From positions 928,001-992,000 of the forward strand of contig OY820579.1 in the NCBI GenBank assembly GCA_963681965.1: 64,000 nucleotides of DNA, given 5' to 3'. The position numbers and the translations under genes were made by a program. Below, piece after piece: positions 21,401 through 30,576 of the stretch. Within the stretch, counting starts at the first letter, position 1, and each line of letters begins with the position of its first letter. Source of the stretch: a bacterium. Its GTDB lineage: Bacteria > Electryoneota > JAOADG01. The notes beneath the pieces are model-generated. The model saw only the letters and a list, made by a program, of their open reading frames with translations, made no database searches and was not told the DNA's origin.

Positions 21401-22065
21401 TACTCCAGCTTAACCGCATTCTCAAATTCGAATAGCCGTTCACTGTCCTGATCGATGCGTACAGTAACTTTGTCGCCAACATTACCGGTGATCGTAAATC
21501 GCTGCTTCTGATCGATTTTAAAGTTAGTCGAAGGGGCTTGTCCCTGCTGGGTGATTACTTTGTCGTTGGATTCGCGACGGAGTTCGCCATTGATCGAAAT
21601 TTCACCGTTGACTCTCAGTCCAACCTTGTCGCCACCGAAAATCCGCTTGAAGGTTTTCGATTTTACTTTCAACGGTACTTGAATTTCCAGCGCTTCCTGT
21701 TCGATCACTCGTTGACTGGACACTGCTATTACCGCGGCTTCACGGAAGAATTTCGCTTGATCGCGCTGAAGCCGTTCCCTGCGATAGCTCATCATATCGA
21801 AGCGGGTCGGGTGTCCGAAGGGTTTGCCATTCAGGCTGTATTGGACTTCCACGGTACGTGAAGTCGTATCCCAGCGAACGGCGGAACTCAAATACTTGTT
21901 CGGACCTCCGAGGAGATATGCCGAACTCTGACCGAGATAAGGTAATTTGGATGGGGCTGGGGTAAAGATATCGGGTCGAAACGGGAGTGGAAGTCGATAT
22001 TTGATACCAAACACAATCGGCGCTTCCGCCAATACCGGCGTAAGCGAAAATAGAATGGCAATCAA
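15442..22065 (-). CDS. sprA: T9SS outer-membrane translocon SprA
   Basis: 2207 aa; IFGG...G.VGDK.....FEFENAVKLEYTG.EDEIIQKIEAGNI, GLFGLK, G.DYTIDYFSG, AYVDDFE, PDTEDLNGNG, WRLYRIP, EVWADELR motifs. True start may be upstream at 22098 (see findings). Confidence 0.93.
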   Translation of the reverse strand: MIAILFSLTPVLAEAPIVFGIKYRLPLPFRPDIFTPAPSKLPYLGQSSAYLLGGPNKYLSSAVRWDTTSRTVEVQYSLNGKPFGHPTRFDMMSYRRERLQRDQAKFFREAAVIAVSSQRVIEQEALEIQVPLKVKSKTFKRIFGGDKVGLRVNGEISINGELRRESNDKVITQQGQAPSTNFKIDQKQRFTITGNVGDKVTVRIDQDSERLFEFENAVKLEYTGTEDEIIQKIEAGNIALDLPGTSLATFSGQNKGLFGLKSIAKIGALKLTTIASLEKGKKNKLKKTGGEESTPHILTDVNFSHGQFFVLDTTFLYYLNRFDANMVPLVPANHQVLEAYVYQSVSGTSNGQVLRWGFALENPPDSANVDSNAINWDSHNNFYGNFKLLVEGTDYDLDKQRGILSLKQSIPASASDILGISYRTSEGNIFGTLTNSAQTDTRLVTKLLRGNIEDPASNVWKFMLKNWYSLQGTNITPESFEGTIYRTNLDPKQYAAGGVFFTNLLGIDQFGPNNTPAAGGDGKIDNIASFIDFTNGILKFPDLTPFSPSGYFRGSAVPTIGDFRAIDSLLLQPEIYTTPPSSVSSLQSKFTIEVHIRSRSNVMQLGIGILEGSEEVTLNGRTLSRGRDYTIDYFSGTLTILDAGASTPGADLEVTYESGQIFQLDRKTLLGARAEYELWDESFIGATVLSLTEKPLDQRIRLGSEPISNKIWDVNTRLVFKPDFLTKAMDALPIVATEEASRVQIEGEIAQVFPNPNNMSNDATGDYNGVAYVDDFESAKRIIPLPLTRQSWTLSAYPLTTGLNPAGDTLDAFPARLFMWYNPFHQEPVKNIWPAREVNSNVANTVQTMELSVDPKFNRSTPWDTLVNPQNSWAAITKYLGSGFANQSESKYLELWVRNTQRSGKLFVDLGRISEREIPMHNNSVMAEGSFIAGTSVRNPILGQNDDTGIDGVSLPDPPYGSVTGLYDYWDLNGDGSRDTATITLGNQTRLVKEPFSFDNFDYSPNTPDDYTHINGTQGNKDDNQYPDTEDLNGNGSLDIQDDFYRFVVDLSNDAKYVVGGQDNIYGWRLYRIPIADSIRVGNPSLQNIFYARIGLTNCIRKTTVAFAEVDIVGNEWQPPGTVQTRNLHPYNLEADVLNTYDNRETYNPPPGVSGQEDPNTNIRLKEQALRIKVKGLLNGETSYLVKTLYEPLSFRDYRKLKMFIYGGAFPIASGAARINEFDKYKLYFKLRMGIDTTRAYYEISKRIYPGWDERNKIDINLDDLPTMKYEWLARTTARTDTAYPTQARLLPDGTELRVIGRPSQQPTLKTITFMAVAIENRGRNIAETDNVEVWADELRVTDVKRTPGTAYRVSTNIDMAHIVGLSMSMSQTDGNFHNVNVRSGSHSSSLTGMASATIQGTEFIPKSLGLNFPVTMTYNQTITRPDYLYDGDISLDRLTGKSEPVWKPYWRYLTNLNLLDLKKRQGNADTLLTLSKGYSIGVSNFSRTTPPEEWWEKWLVNRWTISYNHAESYNAGPLAPFNKSRTRSGGFNLTIPIDIPNSVKPLRWTSKIPILREIDSTEIGYLPNRLSFGVDGSEQTGSAITSGVPTSTWAFGITKRYATGIRLFQNMNLDYSLSIASEAVKSSRDRFKIAYAAAGVDLNDSLFHGADSLAPEPTLPDSLVQQLPKPRSDVFEKFGGYYFRAKQRDQNVSASWNPQLFEWLTTDYTYSSAYSWSWQQPTATSRNVQTASGANQVYTLRLGRLLGRSASAYSRPVEHDNAPGMDTSKFQSPMPGITPIDTKNPMGDTKNTSTFDPKNPTLTNPITTTPIDLSGKSQTAVVPPPVSTPTASTPTQTQSINDLSRPGRARANQSDSTSTSKTDDSKRPKSKLDFLWAIVDRLDDISVNVSRRRTYQVYAVKDGQADYRFQLGLINTPGLGSVSTATAIPTAPTATLTREYATRSGFHLSDNFSISLDHSWLRTENISITPSQSLKKSVFLLQKGDDVPTEIDVPNFSIRWSGLETLGPWKAVTQTVTLENGYQASSLATYSATQQSRNTLSSVAYSTNWNPLIGVNVQWKKGISSTARYTITSNFSDGHLGNVSRQRTTQKALALATGYTFQQGFRLPFQFWPFNGKRFKNQTEISVGFNETSSTTEQNNHSSAGWGGFVETLNTSTYTFTPKVTVTFSRTVTGYVQYDYGVTKSTSGGTTRINAFKFNVRIEIRG

Positions 22066-22670
22066 ACTTAATTTAATGCGAACAAATGACTTGCGGATGG
22101 TAGCCCCCTACCCGTTTCTGGATAAGATAAACCGTCGTCGTTACACGATCACAAAGAGGCGATAACCGCTCCATTCGTTCCAGCCGGCGGTTCCGCGGTG
22201 TGGCTGTGGCTGTGCGGAAACATGCCGATATTGGCGTTTGAGAACTCGTGACAAATAATGCTAGTAGAAGTATCGGTCGAAAATCAGACCGGTGTCTGAA
22301 TTTCGGCGCATACAATATACGTAAATCGACCCGATTACGGTATTGACGAAGAACACTCTACTGCAACTGCTCTTGCCTAAAAATGGTTCCAAAATGAATT
22401 ATTCAGCCATCCATTCTGTCTCACCGGCTTGAGAGCCGCTACTATTGTACAAAACGACAATCGCAAATGCAATCGAGAACGAGGAGCGGAAAGTCGACAG
22501 ATTAAGCGGTTCACTTTGAAAAAGACCGCTTCCAGCTACCGGAGCGCGAAAAACGGTCGTACTTTTCACCTATTGTCGGAATCTGGAAAGGAAACGACAC
22601 CAATAATCCAACCGCTAACCAATCGATATTGAAGTTGGATTGCTCGACATTTCTGCGTAGAGAGGCGATA

Positions 22671-23297
22671 TTGACTGAGACGGTTACCCGAATCGGATGG
22701 ATTCGGAAGGCTTTGACCAGCGGTTTGTTAATCGTGACACCAGTCGCTGTGACGCTCTGGTTACTATTAAAGCTGCTATTATTCCTCGATAATATCCTCG
22801 CCGAGCCGGTCAACTGGGTTTTATTGCAGTCGGGAATTTTCACAACCCCACTCCAGCATGTCTATGGACCGGGATTGTTGGCGCTGATCGTACTGCTGAT
22901 TCTAATCGGATGGTTAGCCCGGTTGTACATCGCTCAACGCGTTCTGGCGAAAATCAGTACTTGGATCGAAAAATTACCCATCGTTAGTACGATTTTCTCG
23001 ACGATTCAGCCACTTTCCCAAGCGGCATTCGGTGACCGGAAGAATTTTTTCAAAAAGGTGGTGTGGGTTCCATTTCAGAATGGGCATTCGCTCGGATTTG
23101 TAGTAGGGGAATCCCATCTGCCGGATAATGGTGAATTATGCTCTAAAACCGTTGTTTTTGTGCCATTTTCCCCTCCTACCACGGGAATGTTGGTCTATTA
23201 CGACCGAAGTGACTTGATTGAGACGGAAATGAGCGTTGAAGAGGGAATTAAACATCTCTTTAGTTTTGGTACTTCACAAACGGATGAGCCACGGTGA
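22671..23297 (+). CDS. DUF502 membrane protein
   Basis: GLLIVTPVAVT, IEKLPIVSTI, VFVPFSPPTTG, MSVEEGIK..FS.G. TTG start at 22671 chosen after RBS AGAGG (ORF track starts at 22629). Confidence 0.85.
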   Translation: MTETVTRIGWIRKALTSGLLIVTPVAVTLWLLLKLLLFLDNILAEPVNWVLLQSGIFTTPLQHVYGPGLLALIVLLILIGWLARLYIAQRVLAKISTWIEKLPIVSTIFSTIQPLSQAAFGDRKNFFKKVVWVPFQNGHSLGFVVGESHLPDNGELCSKTVVFVPFSPPTTGMLVYYDRSDLIETEMSVEEGIKHLFSFGTSQTDEPR

Positions 23298-25141
23298 AAT
23301 TCCGGATTGCGCTAATACTGCTGATGATTTTGATCGCACTGGGTGCCAAGGCGGGTGAATGGCGCATTTTGGTTGAACACGATATAACTGCTACTGATTC
23401 GATCGGAATTGGATACCTCGAACAACTCGGCGAGCGGTCGGCAGATATCAGCACGAATAAACAGTTTCAAGCACTCCACGGTACACTCGAAACCGATTTT
23501 CGAGCGGGTGTACTCAATCGTACCGTATCCGGGTACGAGCCGCACTTCAAAGAAGAGATCAAACTCCGCACCTTTTTTCGCGAACAATCGAATCGAATGT
23601 TCACTTATAGTTGGATGCTCGATGGCGAGTCATTTCGCGATCGACAGATTGCACCGATCGTTCAACGCGGGAGTGCCGGTGCGAACATCATCGGTTACAC
23701 GCTTGATGACGCCGCTCAATTTTCGTCCGGCAGCGATGTTGTTCAGCGTCGAGGTCGAATGTTGGCGGGTGGTGAGATCAATACGTCGCACCTTGCAATG
23801 GCGCTGCATGGCGGCATGAGCTACGACGAAGATCTCAAGGATATCGGTTCCGGTCCGGCGATGCAATTCGAATTCCGCAGCGATTCGCTGGCTCTGGCGG
23901 AATGGCACATGATCTCGGAAGCGGGTTATCGACACAGTTGGCTTCGACCGCGCGAAGATGCCAAAGGGATTGCAAAATTTTCAATTACTCGACGCTATGG
24001 CGAAGCGACTGCATTGGTCGATGCGACCGTCGATCACTCGTTGCGTGATGTTGTCGGGACCGTACCGTTACGTCGCAACGATTGGCATGGTCTAGGCTTG
24101 GCAATGCTACAATTTCCCGCGCCCGGACATGGCACCTGGCGGCTGAATGCCGATTGGGAAGGGTCGCAAGTGAAACAAGGCAACACGTTGCCATCCTCTT
24201 CGCAACTTCGGCACGAATATCAACTGGAATGGGCGGGTTCCAACGTCGAACGATTTCTTACAACTTCCTACCGAATTGGATATCAGACATCGAAATCGGG
24301 AAAACAGATTCAAAACGATCAAAGTGAATCGGTGATGCTGAATACCGGTTTGACCAATATGAACGACGACACGCTACAGTTAATCATACAAGGCACAGCG
24401 ACCAGAACCGAAACACCGGATTCCCTCGATTATAACGATCGTGACGAATTGCGCTGGCGACTGCAGTTAAACGGGGTATATCAGGCGTTCCCGGGAATTT
24501 GGGTGATCGGCGATTGCAATGCAGTGTTAATGCACAGCGCTTATTTTTCGAGCCACATGTCGGCATCGAATCGACATACTAACACCTACCAACTCGGCGG
24601 ATCGGTCTATCAGCTCTTTCACCACGGATTCCACCGGTTTCGTACGGAAATCTCGGCGACGTATGTCTTATTCGATTTTAAACTCGCATCGCAACCCGCA
24701 CGCGATGTGCTCTCGCGACGATTATCGTTCTACGATTCGGCGGCGGTTCCGGTCGGCGTTGGATTGATCGAGTGGCAGTGCCGAACGGATCTCGAGGATC
24801 GCGGTGCGTTCGATCGCGATCGGAGTGAACAATCGCTGTCGGAAGCAATTCAAACGGTTGTGGGAACTATCCGTTATCGAATTCCGTTTCATCAGGTAGG
24901 GGTTGCGGTTGGCTTGGCGGCTTATAAGCGACAACCTTACCGGTACGAGCATCGAACCAACAGTACCGTGAAAATTGCCGATATCGCCGTTGCCGGATTG
25001 GGTCCCAGTATGATTGTCGAACGCTCGCCGGGCAATCGGTGGCACCTCTTTGGCGAAGCGACGCTACTCTATGTGAGCCAGTCGCCTCGCGGAAGGTATA
25101 TGCAGAATAGCGTTTCGATTACCTTGTCAAGATCGTGGTAA
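23294..25141 (+). CDS. Hypothetical exported protein, probable outer-membrane beta-barrel
   Basis: Signal peptide, amphipathic strands, C-terminal aromatic residue (ITLSRSW); translationally coupled to DUF502. Confidence 0.6.
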   Translation: MKFRIALILLMILIALGAKAGEWRILVEHDITATDSIGIGYLEQLGERSADISTNKQFQALHGTLETDFRAGVLNRTVSGYEPHFKEEIKLRTFFREQSNRMFTYSWMLDGESFRDRQIAPIVQRGSAGANIIGYTLDDAAQFSSGSDVVQRRGRMLAGGEINTSHLAMALHGGMSYDEDLKDIGSGPAMQFEFRSDSLALAEWHMISEAGYRHSWLRPREDAKGIAKFSITRRYGEATALVDATVDHSLRDVVGTVPLRRNDWHGLGLAMLQFPAPGHGTWRLNADWEGSQVKQGNTLPSSSQLRHEYQLEWAGSNVERFLTTSYRIGYQTSKSGKQIQNDQSESVMLNTGLTNMNDDTLQLIIQGTATRTETPDSLDYNDRDELRWRLQLNGVYQAFPGIWVIGDCNAVLMHSAYFSSHMSASNRHTNTYQLGGSVYQLFHHGFHRFRTEISATYVLFDFKLASQPARDVLSRRLSFYDSAAVPVGVGLIEWQCRTDLEDRGAFDRDRSEQSLSEAIQTVVGTIRYRIPFHQVGVAVGLAAYKRQPYRYEHRTNSTVKIADIAVAGLGPSMIVERSPGNRWHLFGEATLLYVSQSPRGRYMQNSVSITLSRSW

Positions 25142-25200
25142 ATAATGCGATGAATTTGAATAAGGGTAGGATTGAATTTGATTGGCAAAGACCGATACTC

Positions 25201-26508
25201 ATGAAAACGTTGCGAACGTGGTTATACCTGTTTATTATGGTTGTTCTTCCCGTCGTTACCCATGCGATGATCCGGGAAGAACCGCCACCGTTGCATATCG
25301 ACAGCATTGTGGTTGTCGGCAACGACGTGACGCGTTCCGAAATCATTCTGCGGGAAATCGAGTTTTCACCCGGACAGTGGATCGATTCTGCCGAAATCGA
25401 AAAAGCACAACTTCGAATCACCAACCTCAATCTCTTCAATCGTGTAGAAATTTTCCCGATGAAACAAACCGATCGGACTATTCTGGTGGTCTCGGTTTCG
25501 GAAAAATTGTATATCTTTCCGCTTCCCTACGCATCTTGGATCGGTCCGAAATCGAACGACTTCGAATATGGTTTTCGGTATTCTCAGTACAATCTTCAGG
25601 GTTTGAATCGATCGCTTGCCGCCACCATTTATGGTGGTGTGACACGTGGATATCAACTCGTATTGTACGACCCTTGGATCATTCATACACCCGGTATTGG
25701 AGCATTGCTGGTGCTGCAACATCAGACGTGGTGGCAGGATATTCCCGACGAACAGGGTTCGTGGCGGCGGGAACGCATGATGGGAATCGGTGGTATCTCG
25801 AAGCGATTCACACCGGAAGTGACGATCAAGCTATTGGCTGGATACCAACGGATTCGCGTGGTTCCGCGATTTTCACTTAGTGGAAGTGGTATTGATGAAA
25901 TGTACATCGGACGATTCGAGTATATCCAAGATCGGCGCGATTTAATTGAATTGCCGCATCGCGGCGATTTTATGATGCAGTCGGTCGAGTTATTGCGATT
26001 CACTCAACCATGGGAGAGTCGTTATACTTTCACAATCGATTTGCGACAGTACCAACCGCTGTCTAAGCGCTGGACATTGTCGGGTCAAACGATGGCGATG
26101 GCGGTTACCGGAACCAATCCGTCTTACATGGAATTAAGTCTTGGCGAAAGTTTGCCGATTCGAGGGTATCGTAATCTCTCGCAACTCGGAACCTTTATGG
26201 CAAAGGGCGGGGTCGATTTGCGCTATCAGCTCTATCCTACTCATTACTGGACTTGGGATACGGCACCGACTTGGATTGCAAAGAAAGTGAAGAATCTGAA
26301 GTACGGATTATCGGTGAGTGGATTTTATGAAGCGGGTCAATCGTGGCGAAAAACGACGACATTGGAATCGCAACGGTTGATGTCGGGATATGGTGTTGCA
26401 CTCTCGGTTACAATCCCGTATGTCAATATTCTACGCGTCGATGTGGGATTCAATCCCGAAGATAAAATGAAACCGAATTTCAAAGCGGAGATGCGTGCCG
26501 GTATCTGA
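25201..26508 (+). CDS. Omp85/BamA-TamA family protein with a single POTRA domain
   Basis: IVVVGNDVTRSEIILREI...NLNLF POTRA; IRGY barrel motif; GFYEAG and SGYG. Start placed at MKTL (ORF track starts at 25135). Confidence 0.85.
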   Translation: MKTLRTWLYLFIMVVLPVVTHAMIREEPPPLHIDSIVVVGNDVTRSEIILREIEFSPGQWIDSAEIEKAQLRITNLNLFNRVEIFPMKQTDRTILVVSVSEKLYIFPLPYASWIGPKSNDFEYGFRYSQYNLQGLNRSLAATIYGGVTRGYQLVLYDPWIIHTPGIGALLVLQHQTWWQDIPDEQGSWRRERMMGIGGISKRFTPEVTIKLLAGYQRIRVVPRFSLSGSGIDEMYIGRFEYIQDRRDLIELPHRGDFMMQSVELLRFTQPWESRYTFTIDLRQYQPLSKRWTLSGQTMAMAVTGTNPSYMELSLGESLPIRGYRNLSQLGTFMAKGGVDLRYQLYPTHYWTWDTAPTWIAKKVKNLKYGLSVSGFYEAGQSWRKTTTLESQRLMSGYGVALSVTIPYVNILRVDVGFNPEDKMKPNFKAEMRAGI

Positions 26509-26519
26509 CCAAGCTTTCG

Positions 26520-29500
26520 TTACCGGGTCGAATCGGCATTCGCCTGTTGCAGACTTTGCCAATAGCTACGGATCCGTTGTTGCCAAAGCGGATCGACACC
26601 CATCCGCGATAAGTCGAGTAAGCGTTGACGTAATTGGTTTTCAATACTGCTCGCATCGAAATTAACATTCACTCTACCGCCGAGTTCACTACCAGTTTTC
26701 GATTCCCGCTTTTGAGTATAGTCTTGTCGTTGCAACGAGCGTTGCGCATCGAGCAGCCGCGTGAGGATCCGTTGCTGAAGCCGCTGTGTGCGGTCGGTAA
26801 TGGTCTTATCGCGTAACTGTTTTTCCGATTCACTCATCTGGTCGCCGATACCATTCAGTCGACCTGTCAGTTCCTTCATCTGTTGCGCTTGTTGTTCGAG
26901 TTGATTCATCATCTGCGATAACGCGCCCTGTTCGGCGGCAAGCTGCTGCAATCCACCATTCATTCCCGGCATTGGCGTCGTTCCACCGGGGCGGGATCCA
27001 CCGGGCGAATCCATCGGTTGATCGCCACCACCCGGCATCGGCATACCCTGTTCCCCCGACATCTCGCCGGTTTTATCGTTGATCTCCGCTTGACGTCGCG
27101 CCATTTCGGACAATGCCCGCATCATCTCTTCATAACCGGTCGAGGAAGAACTCTTCTGCATCTCACCCATCGCTTGCATCAATAACGCCGCACCTTGTGT
27201 CATGGCGCCGCGAGCACCGATTTGAGCGGGTTTGGCAACACCGGTCATGCGCTCGGTGATCGACCGCGAGGCGCTGCCCATTGCTTCCTGAGCGTTGCGC
27301 AATTCGCCCATCAGCGTGCGAGGCAGAAAGAATGTCTCGCGACCCAGTGCAGCAATGCTGTCCATGGTGATGCCGAGACCACGACGGATCGCTTCCTGAC
27401 GTTCTGCCATTGTGCGAGCCTGTGGAGTGCGCGCGTCAAGTACGCTGTACTGTTCGGTAAGAACATCTTGAGTCTTGGATAATTCCAATAATTCGCCGAT
27501 GCGCCGTCCCATCTTATCGGCTAGATCGTTCTTGGCGTTTTCCCGCAATTTCTTATTCATCTGAGCAATCTGCTCCGCCAGCTTTTCGGCACGCTGAGCA
27601 CCCTGTTTGGCATTCTGTTTACCGGAGCTGGGTTGGTTTTGTTGCAGCGAATTCGCGGATTGCCGCAATGGTTGCGAGGCAGCCTGATCGGACTTCTCGG
27701 CATCGCGCAACGTCTGGGCGTCTGATGGATCCAAGTGCGGACTTTTCGCGGCATCGTCGGCGGTTTTCGCTGCTTGCTCTTCCAGCGCTTTACTCTCGTT
27801 GGAAAGCTTCCCTTGCTCTTTCGATAGTGAATCTTGCTTTGCCGGATTATGACTGGCTGAATCGACTGATAGATCATTGCGGCGTGCTTGTTCGGCAACT
27901 TTCTTCGACCACTGTTCTAACATATCGAGTCGCCGTTCCAACCGAAGCTGTTCAAGCAGTGCCAGCGTGCGGTCGAGTTTCTCCTTCCACTCTTTCTGGT
28001 CGATTTGGAATTGCTGCATTGCCGCTTTGATCTGATTTTGATCTAGTTTCTTAACCGCTTCTTGTAGTTGTTTTAGAGCATCTTTCAGCTCGGGAGAAGC
28101 CAATTCTTCCATCAGTTCTTGCAAGCGCGAGAGCTTTTCCATGGTTTCTTTTGCTGCAGCGCCACTCTCTTCCATTTTTTTCGATAACTGTCGCAATTCT
28201 TTGGCGGCTTTCTCGGCGCGTTCGACAAGTTCCTGCTGGCGCTCTCCGGCGGAGCGCAGTTGCTCCTGCTCTTCGTGCGAGAGTTCGCCTTTTCGCTTGA
28301 TCTTTTGAGCCAACGCTTCCAAGGATTGCGCAACCCGCTCGCCGTTTTTCGATAGCGACTCAAGTTCCGAGGCGACGGCATCGTGTGCCGCTTCCGACTC
28401 TTCCAGCCAATGCTCAAGCGATGGTACTTTCATCCGCCGAATTTCGGAGACACCTCGACCGGGACCGCTAATATTGTTGCCGTCGAATGCGGTAACGAAA
28501 AATTCAATCCCATCGTCGGGAATCAAATCGTAACGACTGGCATCCCACTCCGATGCAATTCCTGCACTAGCAGGTTCGATCTTCTGAAAAGGAATTTTTA
28601 GTGAATCCCAATTCCCCGGTTGATTGGCTTTGACTGATCGGAAAACCAGATACATTGCACCAATTCCGAAATCGTCGTCGGCACGCGCAATGATCGGAAT
28701 TTGAAAACTACCGGGAATATTGCCGTCGACTTCCGGAGCAAGCAATGTTACCCGCGGCGATTCATCCGGTAATAATTCAAAGCGGAGCGGTGGTGGTGGT
28801 GCCCCGTCGCGCTGATTGTTGTCGCGAAGCACAAGTTGTAATATTCCCGCTTTGCGGATGGTGAAATTCGCTTGTAACGATCGAGAAGTATACTTCACGC
28901 CAATTGTATCGATACTTGTCCCGGAATTCCATAACAACATCGCGACACCGATGTCACCGGTTGTCTTTGCTGTCCAGTCGATGCGAGTGCCGGCAAGTAC
29001 CGCTTGATCGCCACCACCGGAAGCCTCGCGCGGGGGTTGACCGCTGTAGCCGGGTGGAAGAATCGTCATTTTCGAATCGGTTAATCGGATACGATAGAAT
29101 GGGGTGAGTGACAATTTCTCGGAAGAAATTCCCTTAACTCGAGCGACTAATTCCATAACGCCAGAAGGGTTGGGTAGTCGGAGTTCCGCTTGATTCGCAG
29201 TGAAATGAAGCGGTATCGATTTTGTCCGGTCGGAATTCGATTCCGCGATCAGTACTTCACCATCGGTAGGTGGAATTGCTATTCCGCTTGGTATTAATTT
29301 TACGATGCGTGAGAGTGGTTCACCTGCCGGATAATTTTCGGTGTTATCGGTCCACTCCAACCGGAACGGCGCTGGCGGCTTGAAATCAGTTTGCGGTTGC
29401 AGCAATCGCGCCAGTGCGGAACTGCCTCCGGGTATCACAATAATTATCGTTAAGAATATTGCAGTGATTGCCATTCGACGGTAAAACTTACGCATCGGTG

Positions 29501-29924
29501 ATTGCCAATCGAAACAGGATTCCGGAGATAATGCGGCTAGTTCGGATTCAAGCCGTTCCACTGCCCAAGCGGAAAGTGAAGAAGGATCGGTCTGTAATTC
29601 CACGGCATTCAATAGACGACCGTGTCCACCGGGAATGTGTCGAAAAAATCGTGCAAGAGTCCCATCGTCGGGGGTCGTGTTCTGGAGCATTCGCCAGCGT
29701 GCATATCCTGTGTACGCGAGTCCGGCAAGTAGCGGTAAACTTGTGACGAACAAAAAGATCGTGCGGATGAGTGGAGCGAAATGAAATAAATTTTCCAGCA
29801 ACAGTGTCACCGCACCGCAGCTTACCGCAACCGGAAGTGCAAAAGTAATCGCATAGCGGTACCGTCGTCGCCACCACGCGGCACGATAGGAGCCTAACCA
29901 ACGATGAAGTGCACGTTCGGTCAT
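26520..29924 (-). CDS. DUF4175-like membrane-anchored coiled-coil protein
   Basis: N-terminal TM pair, RLLNAVEL, PPGYSG, D.SP.V.L..P, A.DDFGI, AFDGNNISGP, long Q/E/K coiled coil, ILTRLLDAQRS. Confidence 0.8.
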   Translation of the reverse strand: MTERALHRWLGSYRAAWWRRRYRYAITFALPVAVSCGAVTLLLENLFHFAPLIRTIFLFVTSLPLLAGLAYTGYARWRMLQNTTPDDGTLARFFRHIPGGHGRLLNAVELQTDPSSLSAWAVERLESELAALSPESCFDWQSPMRKFYRRMAITAIFLTIIIVIPGGSSALARLLQPQTDFKPPAPFRLEWTDNTENYPAGEPLSRIVKLIPSGIAIPPTDGEVLIAESNSDRTKSIPLHFTANQAELRLPNPSGVMELVARVKGISSEKLSLTPFYRIRLTDSKMTILPPGYSGQPPREASGGGDQAVLAGTRIDWTAKTTGDIGVAMLLWNSGTSIDTIGVKYTSRSLQANFTIRKAGILQLVLRDNNQRDGAPPPPLRFELLPDESPRVTLLAPEVDGNIPGSFQIPIIARADDDFGIGAMYLVFRSVKANQPGNWDSLKIPFQKIEPASAGIASEWDASRYDLIPDDGIEFFVTAFDGNNISGPGRGVSEIRRMKVPSLEHWLEESEAAHDAVASELESLSKNGERVAQSLEALAQKIKRKGELSHEEQEQLRSAGERQQELVERAEKAAKELRQLSKKMEESGAAAKETMEKLSRLQELMEELASPELKDALKQLQEAVKKLDQNQIKAAMQQFQIDQKEWKEKLDRTLALLEQLRLERRLDMLEQWSKKVAEQARRNDLSVDSASHNPAKQDSLSKEQGKLSNESKALEEQAAKTADDAAKSPHLDPSDAQTLRDAEKSDQAASQPLRQSANSLQQNQPSSGKQNAKQGAQRAEKLAEQIAQMNKKLRENAKNDLADKMGRRIGELLELSKTQDVLTEQYSVLDARTPQARTMAERQEAIRRGLGITMDSIAALGRETFFLPRTLMGELRNAQEAMGSASRSITERMTGVAKPAQIGARGAMTQGAALLMQAMGEMQKSSSSTGYEEMMRALSEMARRQAEINDKTGEMSGEQGMPMPGGGDQPMDSPGGSRPGGTTPMPGMNGGLQQLAAEQGALSQMMNQLEQQAQQMKELTGRLNGIGDQMSESEKQLRDKTITDRTQRLQQRILTRLLDAQRSLQRQDYTQKRESKTGSELGGRVNVNFDASSIENQLRQRLLDLSRMGVDPLWQQRIRSYWQSLQQANADSTR

Positions 29925-30104
29925 GAATTCCCGGTTATTGGATCAGCGTAAATTACACCACAAAACGTCGTATTCCGAATAGTGTCAAGTATCGGATGAA
30001 TACCCTGCTACTCATTATACGTGTATGGAACGCAATCGGTTCAAGTGTCTAAAACAGCAACAGCGGATGAAGTAATCCGCTGCTTATATGATTGCAGAAG
30101 AAGA

Positions 30105-30548
30105 TTAGTGATTGCCGTATTTCCTGACCACGCCAGTGACCACTCCGAACATCGAGAAATCGTTTTGAGGTCGGATGATCCCGTATTTTTTATTGGCAGC
30201 TTGTAAGTAGTAGCCCTGATCGTCTTTACCGAGGTATTTGATGGTGTAATTGCCATCGACATTTGCCACGACGATTTGACCGGGAACCGCATCGGGTCGC
30301 CGCTCGACAATGACCAGATCACCGGCAAGTATGCCCGCGTCCTTCATGCTGTCGCCGGTAACACGCAACAGAACGGTTCGATTGGGGGAGCGGATCAAGT
30401 ACTGATCGAGTGAAATGGTGTCACTGAGAAAATCGGTCGCAGGAGAGGGAAATCCCGCCGGGATATTTTCGAATACCGGGAGATATGGAGCGGTTTGCTC
30501 TTCGGTAACTTTAAAGATTACTGGTTCTGCTGGTACAGCTTTACGCAT
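30105..30548 (-). CDS. umuD: UmuD-like S24 autopeptidase (no HTH domain)
   Basis: IPAGFPSPA cleavage site, RVTGDSM catalytic Ser, YTIK catalytic Lys, GVV end; lacks the LexA DNA-binding domain. Confidence 0.8.
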   Translation of the reverse strand: MRKAVPAEPVIFKVTEEQTAPYLPVFENIPAGFPSPATDFLSDTISLDQYLIRSPNRTVLLRVTGDSMKDAGILAGDLVIVERRPDAVPGQIVVANVDGNYTIKYLGKDDQGYYLQAANKKYGIIRPQNDFSMFGVVTGVVRKYGNH

Positions 30549-30576
30549 TTTAATACCTGATTTACACTAGAAAACA

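Noticed and set aside
22450-22480. AAAACGACAAT resembling a tmRNA tag reading frame
   Set aside because: No tRNA-like ends and no ANDN...ALAA tag.
30028-30042. GAAC-N7-GTTC near umuD as an SOS box
   Set aside because: It lies downstream of umuD (minus strand) and the spacing matches no LexA box I can support.
30105-30548. LexA repressor
   Set aside because: No N-terminal winged-helix domain; length and the AGFPSPA motif fit UmuD.
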